A stretch of 32,712 bases of DNA from positions 1 through 32,712 of IMG/VR virus record IMGVR_UViG_3300046370_000342; one strand, written 5' to 3'. Each line of letters starts with the position of its first letter. Position 1 is the stretch's first letter. Both the position numbers and the translations under genes were made by a program. The notes below the pieces were generated by a model that was given only the letters and a program-made list of their open reading frames with translations, searched no databases and had not been told where the DNA came from. This DNA is from a virus (Duplodnaviria > Caudoviricetes). Below, in pieces: positions 1-9,500 of this stretch.

Positions 1-2422
1 CATTACCACCGTCAATTCTAAAATATTCAGTTACGCCTCCACTACCATTATCGGACATAAATATTATATCGCGATCATCAGTTAGAGTTTGAATATATAA
101 ATCACCAACACCTTCTTGACTAATATAACTATGTGTCCCGCTATGATATAGTTTTAAATCTTGTGAATTACCTATTTGTAGCTGTACATCATCTTCTAGA
201 TTTACATTTTTGTGAAATTTAGTTCTAACGTTAGTACCATCAATAGTTAGATAAGTTGCTAAACCTCCACTACCGTCGTCAGACTGTAATACTATGTCTT
301 TGTCATCAGATTTATTTAGTATATATAAGTTTCCAGTTTCGTTATGAATATAACTATTTGTAGCGTCGTGGTATATTCTTAAATCATCACTGTTACCAAA
401 GTTTGCTTTTATGCCGTCGGTATGTCTAGTGTCTTTAAAAAATCTTGTTTGCTCTGCACTACCATCAATAGTTAAATAAGGCGTTGTACCGCCAGAACCG
501 TCGTCACATCTGAAAGTAATGTCATCATCATCTACGGTTTGTACAATCTGTAAAGTACCAGTAAAGTTTTCTATATTAGAATTTGTTCCGTTGTGGTATA
601 TTCTTAAATCATTGTCAGCACCAAATCTAGCTTCATTACCATCTCCAACTTTTATATTACCATTGACTTCTAGCTTTTCAGAAGGCGATGTAGTATTAAT
701 ACCTACACCAGTATTTGTTAAGCGCATTCTTTCTGAATTGTCTGTCTTAAGTAAAATAAAATCGTTGTCTTCGTCTCCTTTTATTGCAACTCTTCCATTA
801 TTACCGTCACCAACGTCTGACCAAACTATTTGCTGTTGATTTGTTAATTGAATACTACCAACCACTGATAACTCTTCTTCTGGCGAGCTTGTACCAATAC
901 CAACTCTACCAGTGTCACCCTTAACAACAAGCCTGTTTGTAGCTCCTCCTGCTCTAAGTATTAAATCTTTATCAGTTGTAACAGTGCCAAGGTATAAGTG
1001 GTCGCCTTTACTAGCTATTTCATTTTGGTCTATACCTATACCAGCTCCAGTATCAGTTCCAATTAATATTCCAGCGTTACCTAAGCTACTCCAACCTATA
1101 CTTCCAGATGGAATAGTGTGAAGCTTAGCTCCAGGACTAGTAGTCCCAATACCGACGTTGCCGGCATTAGAAATAGTCATTCTAACAGAATTATTTGTTT
1201 TAAAGAACATAGGGTAGTAAGCAGAGTTGCTTAATGATGTCTCGTTACCGGACTCACTAAGAATTGTGTAATTACCTGCTCTAAAACCTGTGGAAGCTTT
1301 TGCGTACCCTGTAACCTCTAGCATTTCGCTAGGACTACTTGTACCAATACCGACCCTGTTATTAGATAAGTCAATATTTAAGTTGTTAGCGTTAACTCCA
1401 GTGTTTGCACCTAAAGACAGCTTACCGTTTTCAGAAGAAATATAACCGTTAGTATCATTGTCTGATAAAGCAATATAAGCCTTATTATCCGTAGATTTTA
1501 ATCTTACGACAACGTCATCTGCCGATTCAACATGTAGTCTTGCTGTTGGGCTAGTAGTACCAATACCTATCTGACCACCATCTTCAATGTAAAATACGCT
1601 AGTACCATCATCTTGAACGTCAAATATATCTTCACTACCTTTTTGATTTATTACAGCGGCAGGACCTGTACCATCGTTTGTAACAAGCCATTGCTCCGTG
1701 GTAGTTACGTCTGTATCTATTTGAGTGTATGTGCCGTTGACAGTAAGGTTACCTTGTATTCGAGCGTCACCAATGACGTGGAGTGTCTGATCTGGGCTTG
1801 TAGTGCCAATACCAAGCCTTTGATTAGCGTGGTCAATGTATAGTGGCGTAGGTACGTCGTTAGTTCTACCTATACAAGTAACTTGAAGGCCTTGTATAAT
1901 AGTACCTGGTCCGTTTGTTTTTAAAACTATACCTACGTTTTGTATTAAGTTTGCACCTGTAGGCTTTGTAATAGTAAGACCACCACCTATAGCTACATAT
2001 ACAATATCATTTTCACTAACACCACTAAAGCCTGAAAGGTTTGTGTTATAAACACCTACAAGAGTTATAAGACCATCTTTCGTGTTACCAGTGGTGGTAA
2101 GCTCTGTGTTTGTAATACCAATAGCTGGCATTTTAGCAGGATCAGACGCGTCAGCAATACCTACTTTTATTCTTTCGCTACCACCTATTTCACCTTTAGA
2201 GTATACAGGTGTACCTACAGGTATTGTAGAGCCTTCATCGTTTCTTACGTTTTCGTATATATGAGTAGCATGCTCATCACCAGACAGAGGATTTATACTA
2301 ACCTTGCCATTAGCATCAACAACAAGACCTCTGGTTTCAGCCGTTTCAGCTAAGCCTTCAAAGTATACATCATTTCTAAATCTTGACGTTAAGTCCCATA
2401 TGTGTTGCCCTATCCATTTCAT
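1..2422 (-). CDS. Tail fibre / receptor-binding protein, 3'-truncated by window edge (at least 807 aa; absent from ORF track)
   Basis: My translation from the ATG at 2422 (TAATG overlap with the upstream stop) reads MKWIGQHIWDLTSRFRNDVYFEG... and stays open to the window edge. It contains six [VIL]GI[GN]T[TS]SP..L[HES] repeats typical of trimeric Bacteroidota phage fibres, then about 75-aa DL.[IL]YH...D[DN]GSGG...Y..IDG repeats. Confidence 0.9.
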   Translation of the reverse strand, partial: MKWIGQHIWDLTSRFRNDVYFEGLAETAETRGLVVDANGKVSINPLSGDEHATHIYENVRNDEGSTIPVGTPVYSKGEIGGSERIKVGIADASDPAKMPAIGITNTELTTTGNTKDGLITLVGVYNTNLSGFSGVSENDIVYVAIGGGLTITKPTGANLIQNVGIVLKTNGPGTIIQGLQVTCIGRTNDVPTPLYIDHANQRLGIGTTSPDQTLHVIGDARIQGNLTVNGTYTQIDTDVTTTEQWLVTNDGTGPAAVINQKGSEDIFDVQDDGTSVFYIEDGGQIGIGTTSPTARLHVESADDVVVRLKSTDNKAYIALSDNDTNGYISSENGKLSLGANTGVNANNLNIDLSNNRVGIGTSSPSEMLEVTGYAKASTGFRAGNYTILSESGNETSLSNSAYYPMFFKTNNSVRMTISNAGNVGIGTTSPGAKLHTIPSGSIGWSSLGNAGILIGTDTGAGIGIDQNEIASKGDHLYLGTVTTDKDLILRAGGATNRLVVKGDTGRVGIGTSSPEEELSVVGSIQLTNQQQIVWSDVGDGNNGRVAIKGDEDNDFILLKTDNSERMRLTNTGVGINTTSPSEKLEVNGNIKVGDGNEARFGADNDLRIYHNGTNSNIENFTGTLQIVQTVDDDDITFRCDDGSGGTTPYLTIDGSAEQTRFFKDTRHTDGIKANFGNSDDLRIYHDATNSYIHNETGNLYILNKSDDKDIVLQSDDGSGGLATYLTIDGTNVRTKFHKNVNLEDDVQLQIGNSQDLKLYHSGTHSYISQEGVGDLYIQTLTDDRDIIFMSDNGSGGVTEYFRIDGGN
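8..640 (-). repeat. Three degenerate in-frame tandem repeats (period 225-228 bp, 75-76 aa) in the tail fibre
   Basis: The DG codons of the Y[LF].IDG motif start at + strand 461, 236 and 8. Units: FGADNDLRIYH..CDDGSGGTTPYLTIDG / FGNSDDLRIYH..SDDGSGGLATYLTIDG / IGNSQDLKLYH..SDNGSGGVTEYFRIDG. Confidence 0.9.
670..1820 (-). repeat. Six dispersed GIGTTSP fibre repeats
   Basis: LGIGTTSPDQTLHV (~1810), IGIGTTSPTARLHV (~1560), VGIGTSSPSEMLEV (~1345), VGIGTTSPGAKLHT (~1145), VGIGTSSPEEELSV (~895), VGINTTSPSEKLEV (~700). Confidence 0.9.
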
Positions 2423-2889
2423 TAATCAAAATCAATATATTCAATTGTTACTTCTTCGCCACGTTCTACTGCTTTTGCAATGCGTGGATAAATTCTTTTA
2501 TAGGCATTACCACTTTTTCCAACAAAACCGTCTTTAATAATAGTGTTATTTTCTTGGGTATCCCCCACGAGAAGACAACCAGCAGTGTGTTCATCAGTGT
2601 TTCCAGTATGTATGAGAATATACTCAAACCCAGGCACATTAGTGATATGAAGCATACCAATGTGAAAACCACCATATTTCTTAGTATATCTGGCATGAAA
2701 CCCACCTTCTTTTCTTAGCTCTATGCTATACACGCCTGCCGGCACTCTAGTCTCACCTTTGACCTTTAAAACTCTAGCTTCATCTTCTAGCGTATAACAC
2801 AAAAAATGTTTACCTAACTCATTGACCTCAAATAACAAACCAGACGTAGAATCTGCCTGGCTGCTAAATCTTAATACTTGTAATTTCAT
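2422..2889 (-). CDS. DUF5675-like protein; putative endolysin with an L,D-transpeptidase-like His/Cys site
   Basis: Motifs CYTLED, GETRVPAGVY and ILIHTGNTDEHTAGCLLVG. It lies next to small membrane proteins. The likely start is the ATG at 2889 (ATGA overlap with the upstream stop) rather than 2895. Confidence 0.75.
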   Translation of the reverse strand: MKLQVLRFSSQADSTSGLLFEVNELGKHFLCYTLEDEARVLKVKGETRVPAGVYSIELRKEGGFHARYTKKYGGFHIGMLHITNVPGFEYILIHTGNTDEHTAGCLLVGDTQENNTIIKDGFVGKSGNAYKRIYPRIAKAVERGEEVTIEYIDFD

Positions 2890-3104
2890 TCGCAAGATTT
2901 TAGTTTTGCTAACTCTTTTTCAAGCTCAACTATACGATCTTCGTTTTCGTTGATTATCTTTATCTTTTTCTCAAGTCTTTGTTCCAAGACTTTTATATCT
3001 TCATCTAGCTGACCTATTTGACTATAAGCAATGCCCATAGTAAATATAATACCTATTATCCATATTATATTACCTACTGATATTTCTAGGTTTTTACTTA
3101 TCAC
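2886..3104 (-). CDS. Small membrane protein (N-terminal TM plus coiled coil); holin/spanin-like candidate
   Basis: GTG start; hydrophobic IIWIIGIIFTMGIAY followed by a heptad-rich charged tail; overlaps both neighbours. Confidence 0.6.
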   Translation of the reverse strand: MISKNLEISVGNIIWIIGIIFTMGIAYSQIGQLDEDIKVLEQRLEKKIKIINENEDRIVELEKELAKLKSCE

Positions 3105-3306
3105 TTCTCTTGATAAACTCTAGTATTATATCAATTTTTTTCATCATCTCGTTTATATTATCTGCAGCTTTTTCGTGATGACGTGAAAATTGATTTTTAA
3201 CTTCATATAGGCTAAACACCAAGAATCTGTAAAGCGCGTACAAAGCGCCTAAAAGTAATACTAATGGCAATCCGTAACCTTCTATTAATTTTAAAACTTC
3301 TTCCAT
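3094..3306 (-). CDS. Small membrane protein, holin-like
   Basis: MEEVLKLIEGYGLPLVLLLGALYALYRFLVF single TM then a charged helix. The ATG at 3306 lies 1 nt after the previous stop and is preferred over the track start at 3345. Confidence 0.6.
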   Translation of the reverse strand: MEEVLKLIEGYGLPLVLLLGALYALYRFLVFSLYEVKNQFSRHHEKAADNINEMMKKIDIILEFIKRSDK

Positions 3307-3307
3307 A

Positions 3308-3547
3308 TTACGATCCAAAAAACATTTTAGCAAGGGCGGCGGCAACTATACCGTATATAATCCACATAGCTCTAGCTAAAGTTTTTCGAGCCGATGTGTT
3401 TTGGTTTACTCTAGCGGCAACACCTTTGTCAGGGTCTAATAATTGCTTAGTAAGCATATCTAACTTCTCGTCCATTTTGTCGAGTTTTTTATCCATCTGA
3501 TCCATTCTCTGCTGCATTAATGCTATTTCTTTGTCAACCGTTGCCAT
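3308..3547 (-). CDS. Small coiled-coil protein with C-terminal TM (XhlA/holin-accessory-like)
   Basis: RMDQMDKKLDKMDEKLD coiled coil; C-terminal AMWIIYGIVAAALAKMFF. Confidence 0.6.
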   Translation of the reverse strand: MATVDKEIALMQQRMDQMDKKLDKMDEKLDMLTKQLLDPDKGVAARVNQNTSARKTLARAMWIIYGIVAAALAKMFFGS

Positions 3548-3553
3548 TTCCTA

Positions 3554-3565
3554 TTTATAATTACA
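3554..3565 (-). promoter_or_regulatory. Intergenic motif TGTAATTATAAA, copy 1 (candidate phage promoter)
   Basis: An exact 12-mer also found at 12830-12841; both copies sit in short intergenic gaps in the same orientation. Confidence 0.5.
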
Positions 3566-3568
3566 TGA

Positions 3569-6500
3569 TTAGTCGTGAGCGTAACAATATCTTTTACCCT
3601 TCTTTACTTGGTTTTTGCATCTACCACCTGAGCTAGTGAAAGCAGCACATCTATTTTTTCCTGTTAAACTTGTGCCTTTTTGTCTACTTTCTTTTTTAGC
3701 CTCTTTAACTTTTTTACTACCTATTGGTTTAACACCTATTTCGTAAGGACTAAAGCCAAGTAGTATAGACATTCTCTGAGCTACGCTATTGTCGGGGTTA
3801 AAACCTTCTCTAACTTGATTTATTAATCTAATAGTTCTATCGGTTGGAGCATTAGTAACACCTTCTATTACAGGCGCTGCGGTTGTCCATATTGGATTAT
3901 CAATATCAAGCTTGCTAATTTCATTAATAGCGTCTCTATTCCAATCATAGTTTTTATATCCTTTTGCTATTTTTCTAAGCTTAGATCCTATAGCTGGCGA
4001 TAAGTTTAAAGCTTCTAATACTACATTACCAAACTTTCCTGTACCTTTTTTATCTAATTCTTTTATCGCTGTTAGCATAGTGTTTTTAGCTGTAGCAATA
4101 ACACCGCCTGTAATACCAGAACCTCTAAGCATAGTATCAACCATACCGTTTAATATACGCTCCATTTTAGTATCAAAAAGCTCTTGTTTTTCTTCTTCAT
4201 CATCTATATCAAACAGCATAGCAAACAAAGCGTTTTGCAAGCTTAAGAATATCATGTTTTGAGCAAACCCGTAAAACACAATACGAGACAAATGCTCTTT
4301 TCTGCTACCAGTTCCTCTAGCTAATCCAAGTATAGCTTTTTTAAATAATCTAGCTTGCTGCATCGGATAATTCTGAAAGTTTAGCAAAAGTCTACCAGCG
4401 TTAGATACTTGTTGTTGAGATAAACGATCTGGTCTTGCAGACTGCTGTGACTCTTCTGTAGTATTTCTAAAATCGTTAAACGCTTTTTCTTCTGCTTCTT
4501 TTTTACTTAAACCTTCGTTTAAATAAGTCTTTACTCTGTTTCTATAGAACGTAGCACCGCCTGCAGCAATAGCAAAGCTATCAGCCATTTGCGTAGGTAA
4601 AAAACCTTTTTTAAGCAAGTACGCTACAGCTGCTTGAGCTTTGTTGGTAGCGTTAGCAACAGCCGAAGCTATTTCAGCAGTTTGAACGTCTGTTTTTAAA
4701 CCTTTACGTCTTTGCTTTAAAAAGTCAGAGTTAAATATCATAGTAAAATCAGCCCAGTATTGCTTTTGATTAGCAAAAGCTTTAGCTGCTTGATAAGGGT
4801 TATTGTCTACATAGTTAACGTAGTTTATCATTGATATAGTTTGTAGCAATGAAGATTTAACGTTGATAAACATTATAGCTCCAACAGAGTTGTTTAACCA
4901 GCGCATCCACCTACTAGATATTGCATCTTTGCTGCCTTCAGATCTTGTTCTACCGGTTTCCATACGATATAGCACATCTTCAAGTGCTGATCTAAATCTA
5001 CTACCATATATAGCTTCTACTTTGTTTAAGTTTTCTTCGCTAAATATTTCGTTTTTATTTTCAACCCACTCGCCTAAAAATTCAGCTCTACGTATTTTTT
5101 CTGATACTTCTTGTACGTCTGACGCTGTGCTACCAGCCACCCAATACTCGTTTGGCTTTACGTATACTTCGTCAAGCTTTAGTATAACCTGCAGGTTTTC
5201 AGCAAATGCTAAAAGAGCTTTGTCTGTCTTAACTCTTTCAACCATATTATCAACCTCCTGCTCTGATAAACCTGGCACGCTATGACCAGCTTTATTATAA
5301 AGATATACTCTAATAGCGTTATCAAAAGTAAACTCACTACCAGGCATCATTTTGCCTAGCTTTTTAGTTACTTCTTTGTGATTTTTTCTTAATCTATCCC
5401 AGTCGTTTATTATTGTTTGTCTTGATTGATCAAGCTCTGTGTATGCTCTTGAGAACGGATCTATTACAGCTTGCTTGAAAAACTCTAAGTCTTTATTACC
5501 TTGCTCGCTTTTGCCAACAAAATAATACAGTAAGCCTTCAAAGTCATCAGCCGATGGTGGTACAAATATTTGAAACTTACCTTTGTTTTTACCAAGTCTC
5601 AAAGCTTTAGCCCTTGAAAAAGCCTCGTCAAACGGTACGCCTTTGGTTCTTTCAAGCATTTTATTAAAGTCATCGCTCATTGTTCTGCTGAACTGTATTC
5701 TAGCTTGAACCGACTTGCCTTTAACATCTAGTTGATCTAATACATTTTTAACAGCCTCAACGTTTGGTAAAGCATCATCTACAAAATACATGTCATTATA
5801 ACCTTCGGCAAACTTGTCTAGCATCCAAAGAGCTTTAGCTTCACCTGTGCTATTACCTAGGCCTGTTATATTACTTAGCGGTATATTAATATCTTTACTT
5901 TTTAGCCATTCATGTATTGCGGTTGCAGACTCAGCTGGTCTAGCTGTAAGCACGTACACATTGTCAGGACCGTATTTTTTAATTTGATTTTTCATTTTTT
6001 GTAATAGTGGTCCGTCAACACCGCCTCTTACGTTTACAAAGTCTGAAAAGTCAAACTCATAACCTTGCTCAGCATACTTGCTACCTACTAAAGGCCAATC
6101 GCCACTACTAATTTTTACAACATCATCACCTTTAGTTGCTGTTATAAAGTTTTTACCGTCTATAATTAATGTTTCGTCAAAGTCAAACGTAGACATACCT
6201 CTTGACTCTGTTTTGCTGTTTATACTTCTACTAGCTAAAATAGCTTTTTCTACAGATCTTTCTCTAGCCGATGTTTGATTAACTACATGTTGAGCAATAC
6301 GCTCAGCGTCAGCTGCTCTACCTAGGTCTAACGCAGCTTTGCTAGTTATTTTAGATTTTCTTAACTGCAGCTCAGCTCTCAATCCGTATCTATAACCTAC
6401 GGTAACATCTTTTTTATTTATTCTTTTCTTAACGCTTCTAGGCATTATTCTAACAGTTAAGTCAAACGTACCTTCAAGCTGGTTTATGCCAAGAGCTTCT

Positions 6501-9500
6501 AAGTTATGCACGTCGTTTCCTAGGTGAAATATACCTACACCTTGTATTTGTATGGCGTTTGTACTTATTAGCTTCACCCTACCGCTATTGTAATACTCTC
6601 TTAAAAAACTAGCGTCAACAGAAGTAGTAGATCTTACAGCAAACTTTAAGTTTTTGTTTTCACCTTTACCGTTTCTACCAACGCTTAAGTGATCAGGAAT
6701 ACTAACTACATCTTGAGCGTTGTTAATGTTAAGAACGCTTGTTAGCTTTTTTATAGGCTCAATTAAAGGCTCTGACAACTGTTTTAGTTGTTCGTCGCTT
6801 AACAACTCAGCCATTGGCCACTCCTTTATCCAGTTTCCATTAGCATCAACTTTGTTAAAAGATACATCGTTCCACGCGTAACTACCAGCTCTAGCAGGAC
6901 CAACTTTAGTTTCTATAGTAAACAGCACGCCGTTTTTCTTACCGTCCCATATTATTATATCTGGTATATCGTTTTTGTTTATCTTACTTTCAAATATTTT
7001 AGGCCAAGCTTTAACTACTTGATCTTTAGAGTATACTTTTAAACCTAGTTCTTTAGCAAAAGTTTGATGAGATAGCTCTTGCATTAAAGCTTCGTATACA
7101 TCTCCTTTAGTAGCGCCTTTAGGTAATCTATCTTGAACTCTTTTAAATCCTTTTGTGTCAAACTCGTGTACAAAAAACTCAAATTGACCTGGTCTATCAT
7201 CTGCTAAGTCAGCGTAGAAATCTGTTATATATTTAGGAGTATTTAAACCAAAAACTGGCTTACCATTTTTTCTTCTAATTCTACCTGTTGGCGTAAGAAT
7301 CTCATCTACGCCGTGTTTTTTAATAGCAGCCATAAAGTCTTTTACATCTTTATTAAAAGTTTTTGAAAACTTTATGTCGACGTCCCTGCCTATAGCCGCT
7401 GATAATTCTTGAATATCAAGGCCTGTTTGAACATCTTGATCAATTAGACCTATAACATCATCGCTTTGTCTTGCCTCCATAACAGCGTCAAGAACTAAAG
7501 TGTTACCCATAGCTTTTGCAAAGCCATCTTTTCTAGTACCTTTTAAACCAGATCTAGCGCCTGTTACTGGGTTTATAGCTGGCTGATCTGCAAACTCAAT
7601 AAACTCTGCCTCTGTAGGCATGCGTTTTTTATACAAATTTACAGCCTGGCCTTTGTCTATTTTGTTTAAAGCATCAAGAGGTAATAAATCTCTATTTACA
7701 GCGTCTTCGACTTCTTTTTTACTAGTAAGCTTACGCACGAACGTAGTAAATATTCTTTCGTTGTCAGGAACTTTACGTTCTATTTGCACAAAGTCAGCTG
7801 TTGATATAGCCTCTACAATAGCTTCTCTATGCTGCTTTAAGTTTTTAATGTAATCTTTTGTACCTAAAAAGTTTTTAAGAGGTTTAAACACATCACTAGT
7901 AAGACCTTTAGTAAAGTATTCTTCTCTTAATATTTTCTTTATAGCCCTAGCTCTTTTAGCAGGATCTTTTATATCTTGTGTTTTTCTATAAGCTAGCGCC
8001 AAGCTTTTTTTAGTAGCATCTAATATATTGTTGTAGTTTTTGCCGTCTGTTTCAAAACCAATAGCTCTTCTAAACTTAGACTGCTTTGCGCCTTCTTTAG
8101 CTTGCGCTCTAGCTCGACCTGCTACAGATAAATCTTCTGTTTCTAGCGCTTCTAACGCAGCATCTGTGTCTGCTTCGACTTGTACTTTAATTTCACCCTC
8201 TTGCGTCGTCTCGCCTATGTCTCTGGCTCTACCAGCAGCTGTTTGATCAACCTTATATTCTCTGTTATATACATTGCCAGCTTTATTAGCTATTTGTGAG
8301 TTTAAATAGCCGAAGAAGTCATCGTTTTGCTCGGGGTTAAAGTTCTTAGCATGCGAAGTTAGTTCTGAATATACTTTGTCGACAAAGTCTCTAGGCACTA
8401 CGTCACCTTTAAATTTAGACGCTATTAAATTGTCAAGATAACCCTCACTTTTTATTCTACTGTATATATCTTCAAAGCTAGCGTCAAATAAAACTTTACC
8501 AATGCCTTTTTCTCTAAGATTATCGCCTACCAAACCTTCTCTACCAAGTCTTTTTATTTCGCTTTCAGCTGTAGCTTTTTGCTCAGCAGTCATAGATTTG
8601 CTTACACCTGCTTCGCCTGCTTGTACTTTTTTGCCAGATACAGTTTCAATAATTTTCTTTTGAGTAACTCTACCTAATAAACCTTCTCTATTTATATTCT
8701 TGTTATAGTCTATAAGCAGGTTAAACACTTCCTGACCGCTATTAAAGTCTACTTTGCTAAAGCCTCCTAAGCCTCTAACCATAGATCTAAAGCTATTTTT
8801 AATACCATCTGAAGCTTCTTCTACAGCTTTTATTTTTTTCTTATCTATAAGATCAGAGAACATGTTAAAGTATTCTTCAATATAGCTTTCTTTATTCATT
8901 ACTATAAGACCGTCTTGATCTCTTTGAACCTTTCCGTTTGCGTCTAGCTTAGCATAGCGATTTTTAGGATTTGCTAATCTTTTTTCAATAGACTTTTTAA
9001 TAAAAGGATCTACTTGATCTAAATACTTAGTAAACTCTACCACAGAGGCCCTTAGTGCTTGAGGATCATTAGCAAATCTATTACTTATAGCGTAATGCAG
9101 TAGCTCGTGACCAATAACATTCGTAGCCTCTGCCATAGCGGCTACATCTCTATTTATAAATATTTTCTTTTTACCATCAACAGTAGTTTCAAAAAAGCCG
9201 TCAGCTTCATTAGCTATATCTTTACCGTATTGTTTTTTAAGTTCATCAAACTTCTCTTGAGTGTCTATATATTCGTAGCTTAGATCTTTTGCTTTAAACC
9301 ATAAGTTTTTGTTTCTATTATCAATGTCAGAGGCCAACTTAAAATACTTAGATAGCTCTAGCTCTACATCTTTGTCATAGTTTAAGTCAGTAACAGCAAA
9401 CAAGTCTTCATTGTTTTTGGCCGATTCTGTAAAATCTTTTTTAGCTTGATTTTTAGCAGAGTCAGAAAACTTACGACCACCTGTTATTATATCTAGTTGT

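Noticed and set aside
8-640. CRISPR array or DGR template/variable repeat pair in the fibre repeats
   Set aside because: The repeats are in-frame, degenerate at all bases rather than adenine-specific, have no constant repeat-spacer structure, and no reverse transcriptase or cas gene is in the window.
4195-6190. Virion RNA polymerase call for the 2414-aa protein based on FDFDE or LFDIDD
   Set aside because: DFDET is DxDxT with HAD motifs II-IV downstream, and FDIDDEEE is an acidic linker. Neither is a DxDxD RNAP motif in a plausible context.
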